The notes beneath the pieces are model-generated. The model had not been told where the DNA came from. It ran no database searches and saw only the letters and a program-made list of their open reading frames with translations. Positions 36,912 to 49,049 of a DNA stretch of 64,000 bases are shown here, piece after piece (positions within the stretch are counted from its first letter, which is position 1; each line of letters opens with the position of its first letter). Source of the DNA: Gnetum montanum (Eukaryota > Plantae > Gnetophyta); contig MNCI01001323.1 in the NCBI GenBank assembly GCA_015680685.1, forward strand, positions 6,644-70,643, given 5' to 3'. Made by a program: the position numbers and the translations under genes.

Positions 36912-39900
36912 ATGGCACCAAAACACAAAAGAGAAAGGAGCAAGAACCCAATGATCCAGAGGATGGATGAGCATTGAGGGAGTTAGTAGAGGTTCTAAGG
37001 CATTTCTAAATCTAGGCTCCATCTATCATTACTCCAAGGTAGGCAATTCTACCTATTTTTAACTTTGTTTACATTGTTTCATTCTAGTTTTTTGCCTTCC
37101 AAGTGTTAGGGCTGATTTTTCAGATCTACTCTAATGAGGAGATTATGCCAAAATTTTGAAAAACTCCCACCTCCTATTTTGGCTACTCCCATGTAGATCT
37201 ATGGTTGTTTTATTGCTTTAGCTTTTGTAGATTTGATTTTGAAAACAACCCTTGCTATTATGTGCTTTTTTCCCAAAATCTTGGGGTACGGACATTTTTT
37301 TTAGATCTAGGCCTTAGGACTTGTTAAAATCAGCTTTTAACAAAATCCTACTCCACTATTTTGATGTGAATTTAAATTGGTTTCAATGGTTTTGGCTATT
37401 TTGACTATTTTAATGGCTTTATGAAGTTTAGGCTTTGAATTTTTTGAAGTTTTACCATAAAAAAAGAAAGACAAGATATGTATTTTTTTTCTTAGTAAAA
37501 TAGCTACATATTTATGAAATCCAAGGTTTATGGGCTTTTACCCCTCTATTTAAGCTTCTTGATGGTTGCTATATCATTTAATTTGGCTTTGAAAAAGGGA
37601 GTTATGGTTGTTTTCCTAACATTGCACAATTAGGTTGTTTGTGCAACTATTGTAATTTCATGTATATTTATGAAATTTTTACAAGAAAACAACAAATGTT
37701 TCTACTATTTTTTGGTCATGGCTACGTAGGATTTGGCTTTCACTTTTCAACAGAGGTAGAAATAATTTGATTGGGGTTAAAACAAATTTTAGATGAATTT
37801 TATGCTAAGGTTATGCAGCTCATGGCAAAACTCACGATTCTAGTGCATTGCCCAAAATAGAAGTGGTTGACTAAAAGCTTTTTCTAAGAGATTAAAAGCT
37901 TTTTCTATTTTAAATAAGTTTTTGTTATGGCTTCATGGCTTTTTCTAAGTTTATCATGATTTTTTATAAATTTGTGCATAGTTTAGATGTTTTTTCCAAA
38001 TTTATGCATACTTTGCATAATTTAGATGCTTTTTGTAAACTTATGCTTTCTTTTTTCCAAATTTGTGCATAATTTATATGCTTTTTCTAAATTTATGCAT
38101 AATTTAGACTAAGACATAGTTTTGGCCATAATGTTTTTGGTTATAAAGGCTATAAAATATGGCATCAACATTTTTTATGGAATTTCTCAAGCCAATTTAG
38201 ATAAACAACTAAATTTATGCATAATTTAGACTAAGACATAGTTTTGCCCATAATGTTTTTGGTTATAAAGGCTATAAAATATGGCATCAACATTTTTTAT
38301 GGAATTTCTCAAGCTAATTTAGATAAACTAAATTTATGCATAATTTAGACTAAGACATAGTTTTGGCCATAATGTTTTTGGTTATAAAGGCTATAAAATA
38401 TGGCATCAACATTTTTATGGAATTTCTCAAGCTAATTTAAATAAACACCTAAGAGCTTTTTACATAAGCTAATTTCACCTTTGACTTAGGAAGTTTTCTT
38501 AAATTTGTAAAGATATTCCAATTGGTCATAATGCAAGGTTATGCAAGGTTATGATGAAATTACTTAGGCAAATTCAAATGAACACCTTAGAGCTTTTTAC
38601 AAAGGCTAATTTTACCTCTAACTAGATGTTCTATCTAAATTTGCTAACTCTAATAAGCTATGATGTGTTTTTATGAAATTCCTTAAGCTAATTTAGATAA
38701 GCATCTTAGAGCTTTTTACAAAGGCTAATTTCACCTCCAACTAGATGTTTTGTCTAAATTTTCTAAGTAACTCTAATAGGCCATAATGCTTTTGCTTTGA
38801 AGGTTGTAATAGTTCCTTTGTGGAATTTTTTAAGCTTATTAGATAAACACCTTATAGAAATTTAAAGAGGCTAATTTCACCTCCAACAAGAATGATTTCC
38901 AAACTTGTTAAGAAATTATAATTGATCATAATGTTTTTACTTTATTTTGTGCAAGGTCTTCTTAAGACCTATTCTCATCATAATGAAGCTAGTAGGTATT
39001 TTTTGCTACATTGGTCATCCCAAGACCAATACTCCAACACATGACATGCCTCTTGGGAAGCTCTCATTGTGGTTTCAGCCTGAGGCAAGTGACTTTCATG
39101 CCTACCTCCTTAAGAACTTCAATGTGATGCTATGGTCACACTTATTTGTAGATGTAGCTAGGGTTGCCGTGAAGACCCTATTGCCTCAGGCATCAGGACT
39201 GATTACCAAGTATATTACTAATAAATTAGTTTCTAAAACTATATAGGCCCTCGTAGATTCCATAAGTTCATGCTACCTATTAGATCTCTGGATGATGCCA
39301 GAGTATAGTTGGTATAATACTGATAATACTTTGATGGTGCCACATAGAGCCCACACACTATTCTAAAACCCACTTGGCACCATGTATCATCTACAAGGGT
39401 AAACATGGACATTGTAATGTTTTTTATCATTTTATATGATCTTGGCTTAACTTCTTTGCCTAACTTCATTGATTTTACTTTTTGTAGGTACAAGGTCAAC
39501 AAGCAGGACTTGATCATTGGTGACCAAATCCTAGTAGTGGCTCAAACTTCTTTGGATGAAATCAGAGCTTTTGTGTACCAACAATTAAGAAAATACTTTG
39601 ATGAATATGCCACTAGGTTCAACATGGTATACAAGAAGTGCAAGGATGATGAGATGATGTAAAGCTGGTGGGTAGATGCTAATGGCATAGATCAAACCCT
39701 TATAGCTAGAACCTCCACACCTCAGAAGAAAGTAAAGGTAAACACATGGCTTCCAGGGGTTTTATGGCTTTATGTGTTTTATTGCCTTTCTTGGTCATTA
39801 AAATTTCTCATATGGATGCTAACCTTTGGTTATTGCTTCACAGGACCTTCCATCTTAGCTGATGTCTCTATACCACTTCCAAGGTCGTGTCATGAGGAAA

Positions 39901-42487
39901 CCATCATCCTGAAGTTTGGCAATGTGAAATTAGTGTAGGAGTGACTAAAGAGATAGGTGTCTAGATATGTTCAAGTAAACATTCACTTGCAGGCTTTCTT
40001 GATGTATTTATGGCACCTATTCCTTCCATCCTTGCTGTGAAGATGTTACATGTCATCAACTCCTTTGATGAGGAGGCTAGTCGCTTTAGCACCATCATCT
40101 GAGGTGTTAAGGTGAACATTGGCATACGTGCTAGTCTCTTTCATGACTTGTTCGGGGTCCTTGCTAATGGGACCAAGGTTTTCATCAGGATAGTGAGGGA
40201 ATCAGGCCATCATGAGGAAGTTCTACAGTGGCTTGATGCTAGCATCAACCACTTTGAAATTTCAATGGACAGCTTCATGGACCCTAATGCAAAGGAATCA
40301 TATCCTTTATGTAGGTCTCATGTACTCCCCAAACTACTATCACAAAAGAAGGTGATCAGCCTAGCATATGGGTGGACCTTTAAGAAAGTATTAATGGAGG
40401 GCATCAAATTCAATTAGGCTACTACTTTGGCTACTGGGCTTCAAGAAAATATTCTTAGACTTCATGTTGATACCTCTATGATAATCCATACGCACTTTGC
40501 ATTCTTCGTAGATTATCTAAAGAGGGTTGCAAAGTTTATGGTGGGGTGTAGGAATGGATGATGGGTTTTACAAGACCTAAGCCAACTTTCTAAGCCTTGG
40601 ATCAAACACATTTATCCAATAGTGTAGGCTCAAAACCCACCAAAGGGGGTGGATGAGACATTATCCATTACCACTAAGAATCTTGATGTTAGGTAGTACA
40701 AGTCTCCCAATAGTATTGATGATGATGAGCCTCTCTCTCATTTCCTTCTAGTGTTTAGGAGGTCAAACAATGATGCATGGAGGCCAAAGGGGCATCCAGA
40801 GAGAAACTTAAGAGGCTTATGGAGGAGGCACCCCTAGCATCAAACCAACCTACCCTAAAGAAGCTTAAGTTTAATCTTTAAGCCATCATAGTAGGTAGTT
40901 AGAAGTATGCTTTGTTTAACTTTAGCTATTTCATGTTTTAAAATTTTATGGCTACTTTATAGTTTCATGTGTTAATTGATTTTCTATGTGCTATGGTTAT
41001 AGACAAGCATCAAATTATAACAATGCAAGTTGTTGTCAAGGCAAAACAAAGGCATGTAGAAGGGGCACTCCTAAAGAAACACATGGTTGAAGGACTTGCC
41101 GATGTAGGCATAGATGATCTATAGGCCTTGTTTGGTGAGGCAATACTAGGTACCTCTCCCATCATCATCCTAGGGGAGGAAGAGGAGGAGGAGCTAGGTA
41201 TGCCTATGCCTTAATATTGTTGTTAAATTGCATTGGTTACATTTGGTTTTCATCCTAACCTTTTGATGATTGTTATGCTTACAATAGTTCCCAAGCCACC
41301 AGTGCAACCTTGCATCCCTAAGTTTCATATGAAACCATGGGTAGAGACTCCAAAAAAAGTGGTGTTCTTACATCGAATGGCTAAGGACATCATTGATTGA
41401 CTACATCAAGTTGCACCTGAGATAGGTAAGAATTTTATTTTTATGTGCTTTGGATGTAGGCTTTGTTTGCATTATGGCTATTTAAGTTTGTTTCTTACAG
41501 TTACATTTTATGCTTTGTATAGTACCATCCATGGAGTGGGACTCCAATAGGGACATGGAGGTAGACTCTTTGCCTAGACTTCTCTCTAACATGTCTAGTG
41601 TACCTGTGAAGCTATATGACACTACCACTGATTTAGCAATGTCATGTGGAAAAGGTTCATGAGAGCTAGACAGGTCCAATAGATCCCTATGGGAGGAAGT
41701 TGTGGCCTTGAGGGAAAATGTTCAAAGGTAGGAGGATACAATTAGGGATCTTCAAGACCATAAAGTCTTTGTGGAAACCCAAGTGGCTAACTTGGGGTGA
41801 GTTACAGATTAAAGAGATCACATGGGCTTACTATTGGCATGTAATTCAAGACAAAGTAGCAGTCCTATAGGAGATGGTAGAGCAATGTATGCAGATGGAC
41901 CTCATCTTCCAAAAGGTTGAAGACTAGAAGGATCACTGTGCGTGGGTCCATCAGTGGGGCAAGACACAAAAAGCCCATAAGAAGTAGTATAAGGTTGATC
42001 ATGGGGCTTACCTGAAATGGCTTAAAGAAGAGTCGGTTGAACTACACAAGAGAGAGTTATTCATTCAAGGGATCCTTGAAAACACTCTCAAGATGGAGCA
42101 ATCCCCTACTCTTCAAGTCACTACCATTGTGGATGAGACTACTATAGTTGCTATTACTCATGAGCCTTCTAGTTGGCCCCTATAGATAAATCCAGCATTC
42201 TTTTTCGTGTTCATCTTGGGGATGTTGACTAGGTCAACATGATGGAGGACCAGATCCTCCATCATTTAGAGGAAGGCCTTCCCCATCTATCCTTGAAAGT
42301 GATGGAGCTAGACTCTCCATAGGTTTGATCTATTTTATGTTTCAATTTTTGTGGTTTAAAATCATGATCTTGGCTATGGTTCACTAATTGGTTATATGTT
42401 GTTGTATTTTAGGCCTTAGGAGACATTAACAACCCAAGTGGTCAGGGTGGGAATTACCCACTACCTCTTCCTTCAGATGCTACTTAG
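36912..42487 (+). pseudogene. Antisense 8-exon retrotransposon accessory gene (Transposase_32/PF20167-like core plus coiled-coil), now degenerate
   Basis: Exons ~36912-37038, 38956-39398, 39488-39737, 39844-40894, 41003-41197, 41288-41425, 41523-42322, 42413-42487. All introns are GT-AG and six of seven junctions keep the local frame. Starts MAPKHK; core INSFDEEASRFSTII*GVKVNIGIRASLFHDLFGVLANG...GIKFN*ATTLATGLQENI. Confidence 0.75.
38088..38445. repeat. 3 x ~120-bp near-identical tandem repeat in intron 1 of the antisense gene
   Basis: TAAATTTATGCATAATTTAGACTAAGACATAG...CTCAAGC(C/T)AATTT is repeated at ~38088, 38210 and 38328. More diverged units continue to ~38930. Confidence 0.95.
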
Positions 42488-42764
42488 CAGCCTTGTTCAG
42501 TTTAGTTGCTGGCTATTTGTTTTTGTTTTTGTTTTGATGGCTATGATTAGCCAAGACTATGTTGTGAATGGTTATTCTTTGGCATTATTGCTATATGTTG
42601 TACTCATGGACATTTTAATTTTAAATGTTGGTTCAATTATGGCTATATGCATTCATAGTAGTAAATGTTGTAAAGATGGCTATATTGACATTTTGTATAT
42701 GGCTAATCAATGCGAGGAACGTTTGCTAGTTCTAGGCCATCATGAGCAATTGTGGCTACATTGC

Positions 42765-43045
42765 CAGTTTAATGTCTTATTAGATGAAAATGCTATTTTA
42801 AGGTCATAGTGGACCATAGTGCTAGTTTAAGGCCCTAGCAGGCCTTAGTGCTAGTTTTAGGCCTTAGCGGGCCAGGAATGCTAGTTTAAGAGCATAGCAT
42901 ACTGTAGTGCCAGTTTTAAGCCTTAGCGGGCCATGGTGCCAATTTTATGTCTTAAAAGATAGTCATGAAAATTTAAGATCATAGTAGACTGTAGTGCCAA
43001 TTTTAGGCCTTAGCAAGTCATAGTGCTAGTTTTATGTCTTAGCAC
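42765..43045. repeat. ~29-bp tandem repeat (~9 copies)
   Basis: GCTAGTTTAAGGCCCTAGCAGGCCTTAGT-like units. Confidence 0.85.
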
Positions 43046-43127
43046 ACGGTGTTTGAAAGAGATGCCTTTTTCTTAATGTTTAAAANTAAGGTTAGGTTAA
43101 ACTTCACTTATGCAGACTCTTCCTAAC

Positions 43128-46100
43128 CTTTGCAAGATTAGGGAGTGAGTAAGGCCTACTCTACACAAGTTTGTACCTTTCATCCCCTTAGCTTACGATG
43201 TTGAAAGGAAGTTCATCCCATAGTGTATCACATTACTTCTTGTTGTCATCATTGGTTATCTTGGCTTTTTGCTCTTCATGGCTAGGAGCTTCCTCTTGAA
43301 GCTCCACTTTGGACCCCTATTCTATGCCCATGTTGTTGAAAGCTAGGGAAGCTACATTGTCACCATGAATGATTATTTTCCCTCCCTAATAAGAAAGGGA
43401 AAATTTCTTGATGGATGGACAAGGATATAGCTCATAATTAAGCCAAGAAAGCTCTTTCTAGGATTAGGTTGAATCCTGGTGTCTCTTCCACCACCGAGAA
43501 GTTTGCAATTGTAGGAAATTGGTCTCTAGCTATGAAATTCAAGGAGATAGACCCCTTAACATAAACTCTTGATCCATTGAAGGACTTAAGAGCTATAGTG
43601 GTCATAGGTTGTGTTTGCTTAGTTAAGCCCAAGCATTCAACAATGGTGCATGGGATCACATTGGTTGCTACTCCATCATTAACATGCACCCAATGTATTT
43701 TAAATTGTCCTATGTGTATGGTTATGAATAGAGGGGCTATAGTTACCCTACCATTTTGATGATTAACCTTAATTTTTCCATAATGAAATGTTAAGGGTGT
43801 TGATTTGTCCTCCCTTGGTGAGGAAGGAATCATTACTGCATGGATAGCTTCCTTGTTAGTAGGAATATCCTCACTAATAGGTATGGAGGTCACATTTTTA
43901 GTAGTGCCTCATGATGTGTGGCAAAAGTCATAATCAAGTCATATAAGCTTAAAGTGGTATTTTTTTCCTTCAAGGATTACTTAACTTGGTCCATTGTACT
44001 AAGGAATTTTTTGTCGTTGGTCGTGGGATTGTCACCCTAGTTGTGCTTTACTTCCTCCATACGTCCCAAAAGGTGAACTTTAGTTTTAAGCTATGGCTAT
44101 TGTGGCTCTTCCCTATTATTTTGGTTGTGGATTTTAGCATCTTCCTATGGATTTTTGGTTGAAGGGGATGGAGTAGAGGAGGTCATAGGTATAGCCAAGA
44201 TGGGAGTGGGATTTGGTGGACCCACTTCCTTTCATGCCTTCAAATGCTTGTCTTCCTTATTGTCAAGTTTTTGCTTATACTTCCTCCTTTGGTTGGCTGA
44301 AATTTTTTCATTGCTAGCCATTGGTTATAAGGAAGAGGTAGTAGCATTGGCTACCAAAGGGGGTCATTGTGTAGTTGGTTGGGCTACAACAGTTTAGTTT
44401 GTATTGTGTTGGGATACCTTGATGACAAAAGGCTCCTTTGGAGACATTCGTAATGGTATGCTCACAATGAACCATGGGAAGCTGAAGAAGGTTTCTCATT
44501 ATAAAGGGGTACTTGAATCATGAAGGGTTCTCTTGCAAGTCTCTGATTTTCATTAATCTTAAATGTTGAAATAACATAAGGGCTATCGTTGGCATTCAAT
44601 GGGTTTCTATAGACTTGCATTGATTGGTTTTGTGGTTGAACTGGGTTAGAAGCATCTAAGACTAGTTCATCCCTATCTATCATCCTTTGTAGGTCATCCT
44701 TCAGCATAAAGTAGAAGTTTGTATCATGACTAGGCAGTTGATGATAGTGGTAGAAGTAGTCTAACTTGAAGTATCTAGGCAATAGGGGATCATCATTCAT
44801 TGCCTAAGAGGGATCTTTGGCTATCCCACATAGTCATTCATGTTTCTTTCAAGCAATTTTAGTCATTTGTTTATGTTGCATGCACCCACTTCTTAATAGA
44901 TGATCAAGCAACTTAGATGGTTTTAATGGTAACTCAATTTACTTAGACTTGTTCTTCCTTTTGAAGTTAGGTCTGTTTGTTGCTGATGTGTTGGTCCCAG
45001 AAGTTGATGGTTGTTTACTATGGTCAATGGTGGAGGCTTTGGTGGGTTGACCTTTAACCCTTGGTTCATTGTCTTATTTTCCTTGGTCATGATTACTATG
45101 GTAGTATTCCTTTATTTTCTCTTTTCCTTGTCTTTTTGAACATGATGATTTTCATATGATATATAGGTTAGATCATGGCTGGCCTTTACAACATCCTCTA
45201 TGCTTTTAGTTTATGATAATGCTTGGCTAAGAGACCATGGATCAAGGTAGTAGAGTTTAGACATGATAATGCCATTAACTACTCCCTTAAATATGGCTAG
45301 CAAGTGGGCTTTGGCTATTGGCTCTAGTATTTCATTCAATAGTCCATTCCACTACTAAATGAATTTTTCTATAGATTCTAAGGGCCCTTTCTTGACCTTC
45401 ATGAGTTGGTCAAGTATTGTGTTAGACTTCAAGTTATATTTGAAGCAATTAACAAACTAGGCTACTAAGTCTTTCAAAGAGGATATAGATCCTCTAGGTA
45501 ATGCATGATACCAATTAAGTGTTATCCCATTAAAAGACATAGGAAAAATCCTCATGAGTGTATGAGGTCATGGCTATAAGAATAAACATTCAAATCAAAG
45601 GATGATAAGGTGAGAATTAGGGTCATCTTCTCTGTTATATTTCTTAAATTTTGGAATGGGAAAACTAGGAGAAAGTATCAAGGGTGGGACTACAAGACTT
45701 ATGGGATCATCTTGGTAGAAGTTCATAACCTTGACAATTTATGTGGTATAGGCTTTAAGCCTCTTCAATTCCTTTGTTAGGTCTTGAATCATTTGGAAGG
45801 CTTCATCCAAGCCTTGCCGTGGTCCCATAGTTTGCAAAGTTTGCACATAAGGTTGTGGTGGCTTGTGGCCTCGTTATGGGTTGCATGATAGAAGGAAAAG
45901 GTTGCACTATAGTTGTGGCTTGTGGGCCAAACAAAGAAAAAGATATTTGTGCTATTATTTGAGGCACAAATGGGACAAACATGTTGTGCAACCCTTGTGT
46001 TGCAAGGGGTCTCATGGTGGACCCCATGTGAGTAGTTATCAAATTTGTAGTGGTAAAACCCACCATTGATGGTTTTGTATTTTGTGGATGTGTTGCAAAT

Positions 46101-46720
46101 GGCATTGATATGTTATACTTTGTTGTTTGTGGCATTGACTGATTGTGATGTGTTACTACAACTAGCATGGGATCTTTCATAGTAGGGTGTGGAGCAGTGG
46201 AAGATGATGGCACCATGTCCATGAAGAAAATAAAATCATTAGGGGAAGGTTCTATGACATTGGAGAATGTTTGGTTGAATAACCCTCCAAGGATGTTTTC
46301 AAGCTCAAACTCTACCCTAAATTCATCCTCTTCTTCCTATTGTTCCCCAAAGCTAGGTTAGTTATCTTCCTCCTCTATGGTAATCAATTAGGCTAGGATG
46401 CTAGAATAGAAGCCACTTAGAGGAATTTCTTCATATGGGAAATGGATGTATTTTTTTCCACCCTTTTGTATGAGCTCAAATTACCTCTTGGATTTAGCTT
46501 CAATTGAGGGAATTAGCATACCTACCTTAATTATGGCACAAATGAAGTTATAGCAATCTTCATTACTAGCTACAATATCAGGACTCTCCCCTCTAATCCT
46601 CAAAGATTACCTACATTCAATGATGACAAGGTATTTGGGATCATACACCCTCATGACTTGTTGGTTATGGTCTTCTCCAATGAAGATAAAGGTAATTTGG
46701 TGGATTTTCAAAAAGACATG
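43128..46720 (-). pseudogene. Degenerate gag-protease of element B
   Basis: Gag DDPISLVVPPLILSPSFPIPKFKKYNREDDPNSHL (~45620-45720), knuckle region in ORF 44462-44800, protease APLFITIHIG..VHVNDGVATNVI..FNLILERAFL (43438-43893). Start position approximate. Confidence 0.85.
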
Positions 46721-47744
46721 TTCATAATTTTGAGAATTTCTTACAAATAGGCCATAAATATCAAGATAAGAGTAAATTCTAGTGAATGAAATTCAAAAAC
46801 TCTTAGAGGAAATGAAAATGGCAAAAAAATAATATACTTACTAAAATTAGTAAGTGGGGGTTAAGGGTGGTTTACCCCTTTACTAGAAATAGAATATTGG
46901 CAGCGTTGGCTTTCAAGCTCCCCCAAGTTGGCTTCCCAAGTGCCTCTATGGTAGGTATGGAAAGGGGAAAAGAAGGAGGAGGGTGAGATAATCAAAATAT
47001 CATACCTTCCTATTCCAAAAATGGAGAGAAGGTGGGGAGAAATTTTGAAGAACAAAATGAAAAATTGGCAATTTTCAAAGATGGATTTGGTAGGTTTCCA
47101 ACTTCCACAAAAAAGGAGAGAGAAGTTGGTTTAGTTGGTATGAAAACCAACATTGGTTTAGTGAGAAATATTATGGCAACAAATATTAGATCTAAAAAAA
47201 TGGATTTCAACTTGTAATAATAGTAGATCTAGTTATGAAACTAGTTTTAGATGCACCAACGTTGGCCTCTCGCTGCTTTCATGTTGGGTATGGAAAAAGG
47301 GGGAAAGAAGGGGGTGAGATGATGGGAATATCACACCTTCTTCCTCAACATTGATGTGGGGGAAAATTTTTAGAAAAAAGTGAAAAGTTAGTATTTTATC
47401 CACTAAAATTGGTTCTAGGTAGCTACTAATTCTCTCAGCTTGGACAAATGGGGGGAAAGTTAAATCATAGATGAGTTGAACCACCTACTTTTAGAAGCCA
47501 GAAAATAAAATTTTGGCAAAAAAAAAGGGAAAAGAGATATCAACACTATTTTTGGACCTTAGAATTCATAGCAAGTGCTGTGAAAACCAAAAACCCAACC
47601 ACCTGCAACTTCCACATTGCAGTTTTGGTCATAGGGGAGGAAAGACCAACGTTGATTTTTCAAGGTCTTGGCTACAAAAAATGAAGGCAAAGCTTGCAAG
47701 TTGCAATGAAAATAATATATCTAGCTACAAAATTTAGGCAAATT

Positions 47745-47761
47745 CCCTCCTTCTAGTGCCA
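47745..47761 (-). promoter_or_regulatory. PBS complementary to the 3' end of plant tRNA-Asn
   Basis: TGGCACTAGAAGGAGGG is 16/17 identical to TGGCGCTAGAAGGAGGG and lies 8 nt after the 5' LTR end. Confidence 0.85.
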
Positions 47762-47769
47762 AGAAAAGA

Positions 47770-48901
47770 TATTACAATCAAAAACCTTGATTGCTGAAAT
47801 GAAAACCAAGGATCCTTGGTGCAGGAAATTTCTCAACCTTGAACCCCTAGGGCCTTCATGGTAAAAATGGGATTTTGGGCACCTTGGCTAGTCCAATAGA
47901 TCAACCAGGGACTTTGGAGATGCAAAATGTGGAAATATGAATAGATTCGAATAATGCATAAATAATAACTTGAATTCTATTAAACAAAAAACTCAAAACT
48001 TAAAACTTTATTGAGAAGAAAATAAAGAATAAGTTAGCGAAATGTGTAAAAAAAATGGTGCCTAGATGAGCAAAAAGGGGTACATTTGTACAAGAGTTCA
48101 AAGCTCATTTAAGCCAAGAAGATCTACTCCACGATCTAGATGCTAAGCCACTCTTGATGCTATAAGACTTCCCTTCACTACTGCAACCTTGGATCTGCAA
48201 TTTGGTTGCTACTGGGTGGTGAGAAAGGGGAAATATTTGGTTGTTAAATTGATCCATGCTAGGTTTGGAATCCTAGAAGTGTAGTGTTAACACCAAAATC
48301 CACCAAGTCTCAATGCCTCAATGTTTCCATGTTATGGTTCAAGAGACTACAAGTTTGGAAACTTGTAAGAGCTCTTGAGTGTTTGAAAATGCCATAGGCA
48401 TGGAGTTGTGTCTATGTAAATTGCTATTGAAAATTTCTTTGTCAAAATTTACTCAACATTGTCCAAAAATGTGGAGCTTGCTGAAAAATTCTAGAACCAA
48501 TTGCTCTCCCTTTTGCTTAAAGTTGCAAAACTTTTCCCCTAAAATTGCTCAAAATTCTAGAACTTGTAAAAGGTGTTGGAGTTTGGCTTTTATAGGATCT
48601 TTGGGCCATAAATAGAGCTGCAAATTGGCTATGATTGGGTTGTAAAATGGCTGCAAATTTGATGTATTTTTTCTACAAACTAGCTACCAAATTCAAGTGA
48701 AATGGATGCCCAAGATTAGGGGGTTACTAAAAATAGTAAGTGCTTCCCCCCATGGCCATTCCATTTACTAAAAATAGTAACCTAGGTAGCCCTTCTATGT
48801 TGTAGATGAATCTTCTACATTGAGCTCTCCACCATGCTTATTAAAGTGGCTAATCAACATTGAAGTGAAAAATTCGATGAATTTTACTTCTTGTGGCTTC
48901 C
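47770..48901 (-). repeat. 5' LTR of element B, truncated
   Basis: Direct repeat of 26688-27828. Similarity stops abruptly after TTGTGGCTTCC. Confidence 0.9.
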
Positions 48902-49049
48902 TGATGAGTGGCGAGGTACCCCTACCCTCAACCATATGAATACAAGCATCTCATGCATGATCTGGTCGAACTCCAAGGACTAAGTGCTTACGCGCCTTAA
49001 TGGAACACTTAAGGTTAATCAATCGTTCCCTTCCCAAACTTACTTATAT

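Larger units (their letters stand above)
32142..43127 (-). other. Predicted ~11-kb intron between protease and RT (Ogre-type position)
   Basis: Donor GCAAAG|GTTAGG (43127) and acceptor TTTACTTTTATTCAG|GTT (32142) are both phase 0, joining ...YSLPNLAK to VPLNMLLVD..., which runs in frame into RT. Confidence 0.6.
26688..48901 (-). mobile_element. ~22-kb Tat/Ogre-like Ty3/gypsy element B: LTR-PBS-gag-PR-[11-kb intron with antisense gene and satellite]-RT-RH-aRH-INT-PPT-LTR
   Basis: Direct LTRs 26688-28392 and 47770-48901 (the latter truncated by an insertion), PBS, PPT and all pol domains in order on the minus strand. Confidence 0.85.

Noticed and set aside
42438-42809. Hydrophobic 123-aa ORF as an env-like membrane protein (likewise 9751-9987)
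   Set aside because: T-rich UTR/intron sequence gives spurious hydrophobic translations, and this ORF overlaps the predicted last exon in another frame.
47745-47761. tRNA gene
   Set aside because: Only the 17-nt 3'-end complement (PBS) is present, with no cloverleaf.
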